Below, piece by piece: positions 1 through 13,499 of a DNA stretch of 64,000 nucleotides (positions are counted from its first letter, which is position 1; every line of letters begins with the position of its first letter). Where the stretch lies: positions 3,286,001-3,350,000 of the forward strand of contig NC_043013.1 in assembly GCF_006345805.1 (NCBI RefSeq), in the 5' to 3' direction. The translations under genes were made by a program, and so were the position numbers. The notes below the pieces were generated by a model, which saw nothing but the letters and a program-made list of their open reading frames with translations, was not told the origin of the DNA and did not search any database. The stretch comes from Octopus sinensis (taxonomy: Eukaryota).

Positions 1-711
1 CAGCATAGTAAAAATCAACACAGGTCCCCAAGTAATATTACGGGATCGTCGTGTCGGAATGTGAACTACCAGACGACTTCGGCACCAAGGCACTGAAAAA
101 CAATGCCACCACCACCACCAACAACAACATCAGTTACACCCCTGGAATATACTACGGTGTAATACAGCTAGATACGGATGACATACATGCCTTAGAGTTT
201 CCATCAAAATTCACTACATATAAGATCAGAAAAATTGATATGCAACTACTCGTACTCTGTGCAGGAGAAACTCGTGAAGGTCATCAACTCTGTGCAGTAG
301 AAACACGTGAAGGTCATCTTAACCATAGAACTATGCTGTATGACATTGTGAAATAAAAGAAAAGATGTATCAGTCTCTGCATACTCTATCGTTATAATTA
401 TTGCGAATATACACTCCAGATAATATTACCCTCCAGTGAAGCGAATACGGAATTACTCATAGGAAGAATTTACAGCGTGATGCTAACTACTTCTCGATGC
501 GGTTAGCGGTAACGTGGAACATAACCGAGAGCTACCACGGTATCTGCCCGGGATAGAAGACAATAAAACATTCGGACAGATAGACGATACAAAGGCGGAC
601 AGGAGAAACAACGATTATAAGGACAAGCAAAAAAAAAAAGACGATTCATTCGTGGCCTTCTTTCCTCTGTCAAGTACCAGAAGTCATAACCGTTTCGGGC
701 AGTTATATATA

Positions 712-784
<73 letters not shown>

Positions 785-794
785 ATAATTTTTA

Positions 795-842
795 TTAATC
801 CCGACAATCGTTTCGACACATCTAGCATCGACAGGTGGGACA
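795..842 (-). ncRNA. Decayed hammerhead-ribozyme-like motif
   Basis: Minus strand reads tccc-ac-CTGTCGA-...-GAAA-CGATTGT-C-ggga. Near-palindromic stem III and a GUC triplet are present, stem II does not pair, and (TA)n follows. Confidence 0.35.
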
Positions 843-1323
843 GTTAACAACTTTAAGTTATGGATGAATTAAGTTTAGCTTTCAGCTCCTCATTCTTATA
901 AACACCAAGTAGCTATTTTAACTGGCTTTGTGATCGTGTATTCACCAAACCATATTTGCACATATGCTCACATTTTCGTAAATGCTTCTATTAGCGAGTG
1001 TACACGCGCAATGCAGCTTGTGCGAGGGCGTTTATACACCCTCATCTCTTAACGGTTATTTTTAATACTTTTGTTGCTGTATTGCATGTTTGTTTCTTTT
1101 TTGCATCTGTGATTTGATTTGATTTCTGATCTTCTATAAAAATGAAGATATATCCTTCGTTTTGCTGCTTTTCTTTCTACGGAATGAGAAGATGCATTGC
1201 GGAAAAGTTATTTTAACGAGTTATATCTATTTATCACCCGATGAGACACATCTGCACCGTTTCTGACCATACAGTGTATAAGTTGTGTTAATTGATATTT
1301 TCAATAAATAGTTAACAAAGATC

Positions 1324-1560
1324 AATTGCAGCGTGGAAGGTGTTTGTAAGCCATCCGTGCTGCAGCACGGATTTTTGTCAGTGAACAGGTCGCGGTCTTA
1401 AAGCGACGAAAATATTTTGACAAATTAAACTTAAATGTTGAAGTGAATCGAACGGCTTTTGTGTGTTTCTTAAATGGCTTACAAACACCTTCCACGCTGC
1501 AATTGTTTTCGTTTCAGCACACGATCTCAGGTCAAGTCACTTGCTATGCAAGTACATCTC
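1324..1560 (+). mobile_element. Non-autonomous PLE-like (pseudo-LTR) module with inverted 5' arm
   Basis: 31-bp inverted repeat (1324-1354 / 1474-1504), 16-nt palindrome at 1355-1370, internal HHR fold, and a second copy at 17842-18070. Confidence 0.65.
1374..1424 (+). ncRNA. Type I hammerhead ribozyme, G3-C8 core variant
   Basis: Stem I TTTGTCA/TGACAAA (7 bp), core GTGAACA plus an extra G, stem II GTCGC/GCGAC, GAAA, palindromic stem III AATATT, triplet UUU. Confidence 0.7.
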
Positions 1561-2288
1561 AGTTAACAAAGAGCCAGAAAAAAATGTGTCGATCACGCAG
1601 CAAATTAGAAATTGCACAAATTTTAATAGGTCTCGATGTGGAACGGATGTTAGGTGGAACCTCAAGCCCAGAAAGACTAAAGATGAAGATGATTACATTA
1701 AAAAATTAAAAGAAAAATAAAGAAGTAGGGTATAAAGAATGTTGAGGAAGGCGAAAGGGTAAAATAAGAGGAGATAGAGGGAAAGGAAAAGGATAAGAAA
1801 AGGAAGAATCTAACGGAGAACAAAGAAGGTAGGTTGACGATGAAGGGGGGAAGAGAGAGGAAAGAAAAGGAATAATAAAAGGAGGAGGAGTGTAGTAGCA
1901 AGAACAAAGCAGGAGTAAAGAGGAATAGAAAATAGGGGCAAAACAATAAAAAGAGATGGAAAATGAAGGAAATGAAGAAGAAAAGAAGAAGAAATATCAG
2001 ACAGAAACGATTAGTTGCAAGTCATGAAGTGTTATAATTATAGGATTTTCACAGTCTTCTCAGAAATTATAGACTATATTATATATAGGAAATTTATATC
2101 TATGCATAAACGTACAAAGGCTGGACACGCACGTTTGTGTGAGTGTATATACAAATACACACACACATGTATACATACGTATATACATACACATACATCA
2201 TGTATGTATGTATGTACGTATGTGTGTGGTGTGTGTGTGTGTGTGTGTGTGTATGCATGTATATATATATATATATATTATATATATA

Positions 2289-2322
<34 letters not shown>

Positions 2323-2568
2323 TTCATTGATACCAAAATAATTGTCGTTTCTGTTATTTATAACATTGATACTTATACGAGAATAAATTTTTATTTATGT
2401 TTATGTAAAACACCATTTTATAGAACGCATTTCGACTCATTCTTCTTTATTTTCAATTATTGTTGAATTTAGGATGGGGAAAAAACGGAAATTCGTTCGA
2501 TCTCATTGCAAGACTTCAAAATGGAACACAAAATTACGGAAACTAATCCTAATATCAGCCTTGAATTT

Positions 2569-2775
2569 AAGGCGGCGAGCTGGCAGAAACGCGAGCACGC
2601 CGAGCGAAATGCTTAGCAGTATTTCGTCTCTGTCTTTATGTTCTGAGTTCAAATTCCACCGAGGTTGACTTTGCCTTTCATCCTTTCGGGGTCGATAAAT
2701 TAAGTACCAGTTGCGTACTGGGGTCGATCTAATCGACTGTTCCCCTCCTCTTGTACCTAGAGTAGAAAAGGAAAG
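2569..2775 (+). mobile_element. tRNA-derived SINE, family B, with 18-bp target site duplication
   Basis: Head ggcggcgagctggcagaaac, B-box-like gttcaaattcc, central gcctttcatcctttcggggtcgataaa. TSD aatatcagccttgaattt at 2551-2568 and 2776-2793. Confidence 0.9.
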
Positions 2776-2859
2776 AATATCAGCCTTGAATTTGGTTGAT
2801 CGATAATAAACCAGCTTGGTTCCAAAACCTTCGCAGTAGTATTTTATAGGTGAAGAAGG

Positions 2860-3060
2860 CTTCGGATGATCTACTGTTAACAATTACGAGCTAAATCCCT
2901 TAATTGGAGTGGGACCCTGCAAAACAACTCATGACATTGCAGGAGAATTAAATATTGACCATTAAAGAGTTATTCTTCGACATCTTCGCCTCATTGGAAA
3001 GTTAAAATGCTCTCGATAAATGGATGCTACACGAGATAAACGAAAAACACAAATGAAGTC
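2860..3060 (+). mobile_element. Mariner transposase remnant (HTH to WVPHEL region)
   Basis: Translates to PCKTTHDIAGELNIDH..ILRHLRLIGKVK, matching the mariner TTRELA..L..H.TV.RHL..IGKV pattern; contains stops and frameshifts. Confidence 0.6.
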
Positions 3061-3457
3061 CTGTGCAAAATTTTTAACGGGTATTTTTATGTGTCTCCGT
3101 TATCTACGTTTATCGAGAGTATTTTGATCTTCCAATGAGGTGTAAATGTCGAAGAATAACTACGATAGTTTTACTATACATAACACTGATGGAGGGGATT
3201 AAACCACTCATAGTGCAATTACAGCATCGATATTAGGGTTTGAGGATAATTCGAAATATAAGGTATACGTTTTTGAATAAACATTATTTTTGTCCCACTG
3301 TAAAATTTAAGAAGGTTTTATCTCTTCGCCATTTTTCGCAATTGCAATATAGAACACACATTGAATAAACGCGTATTCCCAGTAATATGAGAAGGAATCT
3401 GAAAGACGTTCTCAAATAAATGAGTTAATAAACTATAAAAACAATTGTACCAAAGCG

Positions 3458-3570
3458 AGAATATTATTAGAATATTTATGAGAAATTATTAATTAGAATA
3501 TTATTAGAATATTTATGAGAAATTATTAATTAAAATATTATTAGAATATTTATGAGAAATTATCAGAATA
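3458..3570. repeat. AT-rich tandem repeat, about 37-bp unit, about 3 copies
   Basis: agaatattattagaatatttatgagaaattattaatt repeated directly. Confidence 0.85.
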
Positions 3571-4189
3571 TTTTCCAAAGAAAATTTACATAGTTCGTTT
3601 TTCGAAGAACGTACGAGAATCATAAGTTTAGTTAAGTTGGCACGGAAAATATTTAATATAGTGACTATATTTTGATTACAGAAACCTCCGAGGACATGTG
3701 CGTTATTACCAACGTATCTATGTACGTATAATGCACAGCGTTTAGTTATTTCCATCTACAACGATCTGTCCCACATCTAAAGCAACAAAAAGCACTTTTG
3801 GAGAAAAAACAATTCTCTCTTCTACCACATGCACTTGATGTCTGTCATTGCTCAAGTAGCTGTTGACTAGCTTTGGAATTTCTGCCAGACCGTTGTTCTA
3901 GCAACACTTTAGCAATAGTTAATAGCAATACGGCACAGGCAAATATATTCAGAAGGTCAGCAAGCACATCATGACTTCAGTCGTGATATTTGTCACTCTC
4001 CATGTAAAATGAATGCGCCACTAATGGAAATCAATAAGTTGAAACAGTCGTTTGTCCTGCGATGACCCGGAAGTTTGCTCTCTAAATGTCGTTCGTTGCT
4101 TTATTGTGTAATATATACACACAAGTGGACACACAGACACACAAAAACATAAACATATATAAGTATAAATATGCTCTATCCGGATTATT

Positions 4190-5330
4190 AATTGCATCTA
4201 AGTCCGAAAACCACATCTTCTCTCCCTCCTCCCCCTTCACTTACTGTTCCTACAACGCATCATCGTCCACCTCTTCCAACGCCTGCAATCTGGCTGTGCC
4301 ACCTCTCGTTTCTTCCCTTTCCGACTGATTCATTCCTTTAAGTGCCCTCGCAACCGATGCAGCCTCCTCATCCACAGTTCTTTTCCCATGTCCGTCCCGC
4401 TCCTAACCCCCCCCCCCACCTGGTTTTCGTCCCGCTGCTTTCTTTTTCAACACCACCACCCTGATCGGACCCAAGCTTCGCAACTTACATGTTAAATACT
4501 CTTTTCGATGCACTTAACTTCTTCATACATGCGCACTAATATTCCCTCAGCAGATCGATCTACACCAAGCAAAATGGCCGCGAATGGTTGAACACGTTTT
4601 CAGAGTATTTCAGAGACGTGGTGGTGGAAGCACTCCGTCGGTTACGACGACGAGAGTTCCGGTTGATCCGAATCAACGGAACAGCCTGCTCGTGAAATTA
4701 ACGTGTAAGTGGCTGAGCACTCCACAGACACGTGCACCCTTAACGTAGTTCTCGGGGATATTCAGCGTGACACAGAGAGTGACAAGGCCGGCCCCTTGAA
4801 ATACAGGTACATCAGAAACAGGAAGTAAGAGTGAGAGAAAGTTGTGGTGAAAGAGTACAGCAGGGATCACCACCATCCCCTGCCGGAGCCTCGTGGAGCT
4901 TTTAGGTGTTTTTTCGCTCAATAAACACTCACAACGCCCGGTCAGGGAATCGAAACCGCGATCCTATGACCGCGAGTCCGCTGCCCTAACCACTGGGCCA
5001 TTGCGCCTCCACAGAGACGTACAGCTTGGCAAACAGTCGCCTGCTTTTTGACATTTCTGCTCCACTGAATATTCCCCCCCCCACATCTCTCAGTCATTAG
5101 CTTGGCCTCCAACATAGGATCTCCCATTACACGCCTTCCGAGGGAACTTCTCTCAAAAATCTGCACGCTCTCTGGCCTAAATCACCATCGTCAATTTTCT
5201 AACTTGCACTTCCTTCCTACAACCCCTTAAATTACACTACTGTTTCTTCTGCTCTGCCTCTTTTCTCTGCAGCCCTACCTGTACTTTACTCTCCTCTCCC
5301 CTATATCCCTTATCTCACCCTTCACCCCTT
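4190..5330 (+). mobile_element. Decayed Penelope-like element, GIY-YIG region, split by a SINE
   Basis: FRCT..C segment before the SINE and DVQLGKQSP..HF..HLSV..RELL..SGLN after it align by eye with the better-preserved PLE at 54060-54340. Confidence 0.55.
4620..5011 (-). mobile_element. tRNA-derived SINE (OR-like head), full length, 9-bp TSD
   Basis: Head tggaggcgcaatggcccagtggttaggg with B box ggtttcgattcc. TSD cagagacgt at 4611-4619 and 5012-5020. Confidence 0.9.
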
Positions 5331-6471
5331 ACATTTACAAACACCCTTCAACACATTAACACAGCCTCCACGTACAAGTACACATATACGCACATCGCTG
5401 TCCACCAATCATCTTGCTTCTTTGAAACACATACATTGACATGTGGACACACACGTACCCACACCTATCAACTCTTCACATACGCACACATTCACACGTG
5501 CACACCCACTAGCACACTCTTACATACGCCTTCTACTCTTCATTTATATACGCATATACACACACGTATGCGGAACAGATAAGCCCCAACGCACCACACA
5601 CGTACGCATACATTCATTCACACACTAGTATATACACTTCTTCTAGATTTCAGAACTCCTGTTTCGAATCACACCTTTCTTCACCTCGTCTTCCACTTAT
5701 TAGATCTGTTTAACCATTAATTATTCAACTGGACGACATGCAAGCGACACCGCTCTCATACCCACGATGTTTGTGAGATTTCACTCACCATATTATCCTT
5801 TAATCACTTTCAAAACACTAAATTTGTCCCTGTTTATTGTTTTTTTTCCTACACCACATGTGTTACATGTACCTATTCCTGTGTTCTCCATGCTTATGTT
5901 CTCCATGGACTTTAATTACTTTTCTACCCTCCTCTCGACACGCTGCCAAACTATTCAGACCTTTTACCCATGTTGTGGAATTGTTATCAATTTCTTTTAC
6001 TTTTCTTCTCTTCACATGATTCATACACATTTCTCTCATTTCAAAGTTTTGGTTAAAAAATGTTTCCACACCTTTACGTACGCTTGTTATTCACTCCCAC
6101 ATACATCAACAAAATCTTCCACCTTGCTCTCACCATTTCATGCTCGAACACTCGAACACACTTTCACCTTCCAGCATACTCGATTTCATACTAATCACCT
6201 AACGATCACACGCACACACCAATACCTCACACCACCACAAACCAACGCTACTGTACTTTCATCCTTACGCACCTCTCCACTATAATGCCTGCTTCGTGAG
6301 GTAAATATACTCTTATATACACCCACCCTTGTGCCGCTTTCTTTCTTTGTTCAGCTGAATATCTGACATCCGAAACGTCACGACATATATTCGCACACAC
6401 GCGCGCACACATATCGTCGTTAGTGGTTTCACATGTTTGTAAAATGTAACACATACACACACTCACATATA

Positions 6472-6563
<92 letters not shown>

Positions 6564-6714
6564 ATATATTATATATATATATATATATATATCTAATATA
6601 TATATATATATATATTTATGTATATATATATATATATCTATATATATATTATATGTATGTATATATATATATGTATATATATGTATATATATATATGTAT
6701 ACTCCCTTCCTTCA

Positions 6715-7505
6715 GGTGAAACTCTCGCGGCGTCCAACACACATCAGAGACTTGGGAGTAATTGTGGACAACAACGTAAGCTGGGCCACTCATATAAACA
6801 CCAAAGTTGACATGGCCCGCAGAATGTGTTCCTGGATTCTCAGAACTTTCCAGTCGAGAGATATCCACACCATTATCCTTCTCTTCTCCACTTTTGCCCG
6901 ACCCACCTTGAATACTGTTGTCCACTGTGGTCTCCCCACACAATACAAGGTATCATAAAAGTTGAAGCACCTCAAAGGGCAATCACAAAAAAGATAGATG
7001 GCATGACAGGCCTCGACTATTGGGGTCGACTAGAAAGCTAAAACTCTATTCTCTCCAACGTCGTCGTGAGCGCTACATCATCTGCATGATGTGGAAAATA
7101 TTCCATCAGCATTGCCCAAATGATGTTGGAATCACCTTTAAGGTACATCCAAGGCTTGGGCCCCGTGCCATCCGCCCAAAACAAAAATCGCACTCTCATC
7201 TCATAACAACAATACGGCACAATTATTTCACCTCAATTGGCCCCGCTCTCTTTAACATTACACCAAAACACATTAAAACAGAAACTGACCCTATAGGGTT
7301 CAAGAAGTCTTTGGACAGATTCCTTCAAGAAATCCCGGATAAACCCCCTACACCCGGATATGTCTCTGTAAACAATAACTCTCTACTTGAGTGGGCCATA
7401 GTGCCCAAATTCTGACTTGAAAGACTTCACCAGGTGGTGCTATTAAGTTAGACATGGCCTGGGCCAATAATGGCCGAAACCTATCAAGTATCAAAGTATC
7501 AAAGT
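6715..7505 (+). mobile_element. 5'-truncated CR1/L2-group LINE (RT C-terminus and 3' UTR)
   Basis: RDLGVIVD..W..HI, RPHLEYCCPLWSP, KLYSLQRRRER and FKKSLDRFL motifs across two frameshifts. Tail (aagtatc)n; (TA)n on both sides. Confidence 0.92.
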
Positions 7506-7537
7506 ATATACATATTATATATATATATATGTATATA

Positions 7538-7590
<53 letters not shown>

Positions 7591-7721
7591 GTATATATAT
7601 ATATAAATATACATACATCCATAAATATATATATATATTTATTACATCTCTCCCTCTCTCTTATATATATACATCCATCCATATATAAAAAGTATATACA
7701 TACGTACGGGTATGTGTATGA

Positions 7722-7782
<61 letters not shown>

Positions 7783-8016
7783 GTTTAACAGTAGAATGAA
7801 AGTGAAAGACATAATAGAAAAAGGTAAGTACGTTACAAGATGGCAAGAGAGAGAGAAAGAGAGAGAGAGACATAAATACAGAGGGAGAGAAAGAGAGAGA
7901 GAGAGAGAGATGTACTGGAATAAAAGGAAAACTATCATATCATATTCACATGTAAACAAAAACAAATTCAATAGGAAATTACATTAACAAGTGCTACTGC
8001 TGGTGCTACAACAACA

Positions 8017-8029
<13 letters not shown>

Positions 8030-8098
<69 letters not shown>

Positions 8099-8122
8099 TT
8101 ACTACCACTAATACTACTACTA
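8030..8122. repeat. (CTA)n microsatellite
   Basis: Direct reading. Confidence 0.95.
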
Positions 8123-8390
8123 CAAAAATAACAAAGTGAAAAGGAGTAATGACAACAAACGAAATCTAATTTCCTTGGAGAGGACGAGAAAAATAAGCCG
8201 TTCTGTGTTGACATTTATATGGTTGATGTATGTGTGTGTATATATGTAAGAAAATTAAAGAAACATTGTGATATACACATGTACAATAATATATGTACAC
8301 TATATATGTATATGTGTATATGTGTGTGTATATACGTGTTTATATATATGTATATACTCACGCACACACACACATATATATATTATACAA

Positions 8391-8481
<91 letters not shown>

Positions 8482-8869
8482 ACATATGTATGTATTATAT
8501 TTGTGATGCATTTGTGTACATATATATGTATGTATATGTGTGTGTGTGTATCTGCTTGTGTGTGTGCGTGTGTGTGTGTGTGTAACTATTTCTTTATCTG
8601 CTTATCTCTCTATTCCTCTGTACTAACAGTGTTTCACTGTGAGTCATAGTGGCCACAGTTGGCAGGGAAATTCACGGCACCACCGATACTAAGACAGAAA
8701 GAAAAAATGTTATTCATGGTAATATTGATGTCTGTGATGAGCAATGTGATGATAAACTCGCCCATCACATTCGTTATGACGATAACAAAATCATCGTCAT
8801 CAAAAACTAAATCAAATACAACTACAATAATAATATTCCTTTCTACTAAAGTCACAGGGCCTGGAATTA

Positions 8870-8945
8870 TGGGATGGGGGGGTAGTCGTAACCGGTACTT
8901 ATTTCATCGACCCCGAAAGGATGAAAGACAAAATCGACCTGAGTG
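8870..8945 (-). mobile_element. SINE family B fragment
   Basis: ggtacttatttcatcgaccccgaaaggatgaaagacaaaatcgacct is the reverse complement of the family B core. Confidence 0.8.
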
Positions 8946-9014
8946 GCGTAAAGAGTTGCAAGAAATGTCACCAAACGCCAAGATAAAATACCGGCCAATT
9001 TAGCATGCACTAGC

Positions 9015-9062
<48 letters not shown>

Positions 9063-9236
9063 TAATAAACATAATTTTCGTATGTTTTTTTTAGGCATTC
9101 ACTAGTACAACACTAAGTACAAAACCAAATATATGGCACCCTAGGCATAACACCAACATGAACTTCCAACTTGTCTCTTGAGGTCTCTAGGTGAGACTTG
9201 GAGCTAGCTTGTGCAAATGTAAAGCAAAAGTGAAAC

Positions 9237-9268
<32 letters not shown>

Positions 9269-9832
9269 TAATAATAATAATAATAATAAAATACGACAGA
9301 AAAAAAAGGAAAGAAAAAGAGAGAAAGAAGAATATTTGATCAAACAGCTTTGTATAAATTTGATGATATTCTCCTGTCATCTTATTCATTCCTCCAGGGC
9401 GTGATGTTAATAACCTGCAAACATATTTCTCCTCATACATTCTGAGAAGTGAAAGCGAAGTAGATTCAGAATATTTTCTGAGAACATGCGCTTTCAAGTC
9501 CTCCTCAAAACTGCAGCCGCTTGAAAGGAAATGCTCCGCAAGTTCCGTCGAACTGCTGTTATTACGCCTGGCCTCAAATCTGTGCCCATTAAATCTTTTG
9601 TTTAATTAACAATAATAATAATTAGAAGACTGCGTGGAGTTAGAGTAGATATAGACTCCTATGTAGGTAATAGGGAAGAAAGTTTATTAAAAGCTACTAG
9701 AGTCACAGCAAGGCATAGGGAAACCAAAAAAAGGGGGACATCCTACGCATAAGTAGGAGTAAGAATGCAACATTTACTTTGGCTCACAACACAAAACAAT
9801 TCCATCGAGTAATGATACTTGTTAGTCTAGAG

Positions 9833-10051
9833 CAGTGCTTTTCAAACTTTTTGCTGGAGCGGAACCCCAAGGAAACATTCCACTGGCTCCAGGAACCCCT
9901 GTGCAATAATTTAATAGTCTTATGCACACACATCTGCACAGGAGAATTAAAAATTACTGCCGATTTTAGCAGTTTTGTAACTTCTTGCGGAACCCCTGGA
10001 CTGTTCTGGCGGAACCCTAAGGTTCCGTGGAACCCTGGTTGAAAACCACTA
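9833..10051. mobile_element. hAT-Charlie-type MITE
   Basis: Termini CAGTGCTTTTCAAAC and GTTGAAAACCACTA; 8-bp TSD gtctagag / gtctaggg (NTCTAGAN type); internal ggaaccc subterminal repeats. Confidence 0.88.
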
Positions 10052-12384
10052 GTCTAGGGAAAGTGTGCCCGCTGAAAGTTCTATGAGTTTGTTTGGCGTG
10101 AAACTAGGGGGAAATCTCCCATCATGTATCCCTGTTTTGACTGCTAGTTTGGTTCTCACCACCAGTCTATCTTTTAAATGTTTTACAGCATTGGATCCAA
10201 TCTGCTCTTCATTTAACACGGTTTTATGTTTTGTCTTCTTCTTTCAGGGAACCAACATCGTCGCTAAGAATTGTCCAAGACGGGAAAATGTTTCTTTTCA
10301 TGCGTCTTGCTCGTTTTTGGTCTGAGTTTGCTCTTTCTCTTCCAAACCTTTCCTTTCATGGCTGTCACCGAAAATCTGTCATTCTTGCCAACATCCATTA
10401 CTTCCCCTCTGCCGCAATACATGAGATGACACTACAGGGAGGTGGCTCCCTACTTCCGACTTTCACCTCCTGGTACTAAGGACGGGACATGGCAATCTTT
10501 GCAACTGTTCTTACTTGTGTTGCTCTGTAAACAACAGCTTCTAGTTTTGCTGGTGTTTCGTATTTTCTTTATCGTCTGAGCAGAAACTCCTCACTTTAGA
10601 AACTCCTAGGCTTGCACCACTAGTCTGATTGCTTCTCTTTCTGTATAAACAATGCGGTACAACTCCGAGGTAGCTTTATAATCTTCGAAGTTCATCAACG
10701 CTGGAATGTCATTTGGTGGGGAAGGAATGGGTAAGTGGGGTAAAAGGAGAAATTTCTGATTTCTCATTATGTTCTCTCTACCTATTTGAAACCATTGCAC
10801 TGTAAGTATTGCATCCTCAGTTTGTACTGTTGCATCATCTTTGGGAGTAAAACCTGATGAGCATAGTTGTTGTTGTTGTTGTTGAGAGAGTTTGAAACAA
10901 AGTCAGGTTACAGATACGTTTATCTCAAGATGATTTTTTTTCCCAACTTTGACCTAATTGCAATTGAGGTTGCTAATAAAATATCTGGATAATTTTTGGT
11001 GTTTAGTAATCAATATTCTTTTCTCTATTGGATTCCAAGGAAAATTTTTCCCCTCAACAATATCTGATAGATAGGTTTTAATTTTCCAAAAAAATATGTT
11101 TAAATTGAGGTAAAATGAGTAATGACTAATTTCAATAATTTCTCCTTTTTACTTGAATGTTGCGTAAATATGTAAATTAGAAAAGGAACCATTCCTGCAG
11201 ATCGCGAAGAAGCTGTAGAGAATATTTTATGTTGAGATTTTAGATTTACTAAAAAAATTTGTTAATTTCTTATTATGTGCCTTTTTCCATGATCGTCTTT
11301 CCTTTAACCTAGATATTTTAATTTTTTGTGTCATTTCTGATCTTTCTGATGTTCTTGTTTAACAGATTTAGTTATTGTAAGGCAATGAAAAAATATAAAA
11401 AAATATTTTTTTCTCGAAGTCAAAAATGCAGTAAATATTACTCATTGAGCTCCCTCCCACCTCAAAAGAATCAACTCGACTATATATTGTTTCATATTAC
11501 TTGTGCGCTCACCATCTGCCAATATTGTGTCTTGTATGTAACATCGAGCCAAAGGCCAACGTCACAACGTCACTGGTTGTGATACGTGTTTTACATCGTT
11601 CCATAAATATTATAGCGCCGGCTTGTAGTATGATGTGTGATGCACCATCCCCTGTGTTGTCTCGCCTCATTTTCAATCACAAACACAAAACACACGCTTC
11701 CAAGTGTTGCTCTGCAATGATCGATCGGATGGACATTGTTTCATCAGTTGGTAGAGGACATCTCTTCTTGCTGTTCTTTTGTGTCATATGAAAGCTCTCT
11801 TGGTTTTATTTATTTATTTATTTATTTTTGCAAGACGAAAGCACAACACACTTCAATGTCTTTTTCTGCAATCACCACTTTCTTGCTGATCAGACAAGCT
11901 GAGCCAGTAAAATGTTCGCCATGGTTATTTGTGTGTAGTGGGGCTAATGCCTACTTTTGAAAATGCATCTTTTTATCATTTTTTTTCATTTTCTAGTTAT
12001 CAATAATTTAATTGGTAATAGTTTTGTGAAGCGTAGGTGTTGCTACCAACCTTATGCTTGTACGACTCCATCTCAGTCAAGGCCATGCCTACAAATATTT
12101 TCTTGAAATTTGTCTGACGGCTAAATTGAAATTTTTGTCTCTAAATGTAAAGTCTTTTTAATCTCCGGAACGGCGGGGAGGCAACAGAAAAATATTATTT
12201 TCTCTGTGTAACGAGTATACACGAACGATTCAAAAACAAGCATCCAATTTGAAAAGATCTGCGATAATTTTCCTATAATATTAAGACTGTAAACAACATA
12301 TCCATCGCGAGAAACTTCCAAAATAATATGAACAATATAGGCGCAGACATATTTGCCTGGCTAAGAAGCACACATTGAAACCAC

Positions 12385-12745
12385 ATGCTTTCGTGTTCAA
12401 TCACATTGAGTGGCACCTTGAAGAAGTGTCTTTTGTTATCGCCCCGCGCTGACCAAGGCCATGTGAATGTATTTGGTAGATAGAAATATGTGGAAATCTG
12501 TCGATATATATATATGCATCTATGTATGTATGTTTGTATGAATATGTAAAATGTGTGTGGCTTTGTGTTTATCAACCTGTTTGTATCTCTGTAACTTAAC
12601 GGTTTGGCGAAAGTTACTGATAGAATAAGTACCGGACTAAAATAAAATAAGTACTTGCGGGAATTTGATTGACTAAACCCTTCAAAGTGGGACCCCAGCA
12701 TGGCCTCAGGCCAATGACTGAAAGTAAGAATAAAAGATGATATTG
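12385..12745 (+). mobile_element. tRNA-derived SINE family A, decayed
   Basis: caccttgaagaagtgtctt core and ccccagcatggc..aatgactgaaa tail shared with the copy at 52510. Confidence 0.75.
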
Positions 12746-12759
12746 ATTCCAAAGGCCTG

Positions 12760-12950
12760 CAAGTTCGAGTAAGGGTTAGTCGATAATATTGATGCCAGTA
12801 CTCAACTGGTAGTTATTTCATCGACCCCTGAAAGAATTAAAGTCAAAATCGACCTCGGCGGAATTTGAACTCAGTAAGTAAAGAAGGGCGCCATGCCGCT
12901 AGCCATATTGCCCGACGTGGATAACGTTTCTGCCAGCCAACCGCCTTCGG
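12760..12950 (-). mobile_element. SINE family B
   Basis: cgacctcggcggaatttgaactc and ttctgccagc match the reverse complement of 2569-2775. Confidence 0.85.
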
Positions 12951-13254
12951 ATAAAAGATTATATTAATATCGAGATGGGAACAACAAGTAAAACAACAGC
13001 AATAGCAGTAAAAATAATCGGATGCACTCAGACATGTGTATGCATCTGTATGTGTATTTATGCACGCAAGAGTGTGAATATATATGTATAAATGTGTTTG
13101 TTATTGTGTACGTATGTATATATATATATACACACACATATGCCTACACATATGCAGTATACACACACACCACCCACATTTAGTGATACAATTCTGTGTG
13201 CACACCACACAGAAACATGTATAGGCATATGTGTGTGTATGTGTGTGTGTGGAT

Positions 13255-13289
<35 letters not shown>

Positions 13290-13435
13290 ATATATATATA
13301 TAATATATATATATATATAATATATATATATGTATGTATATGTATATATATATATATGTATGTATATATATGTATATGTGTATATAGGTGTGTTTGGAGA
13401 GAGTCATTCTGGTTTTAATGCCTCATTATATATAT

Positions 13436-13471
<36 letters not shown>

Positions 13472-13499
13472 AAAGAGTGAGTTACAACTTAAGTGCAAT

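Noticed and set aside
6470-6600. Phase breaks (tt/aa) within (TA)n arrays as a higher-order code
   Set aside because: They are irregular and consistent with slippage mutations or long-read consensus errors.
10854-10904. CTGATGA...GAAAC-aaa-GTC as a hammerhead
   Set aside because: Stem II is a (GTT)n tract that does not pair and stem I is out of register; chance is likely.
10060-11400. Possible decayed LINE ORF on the minus strand
   Set aside because: The composition looks coding-derived, but I could not match a diagnostic motif with confidence.
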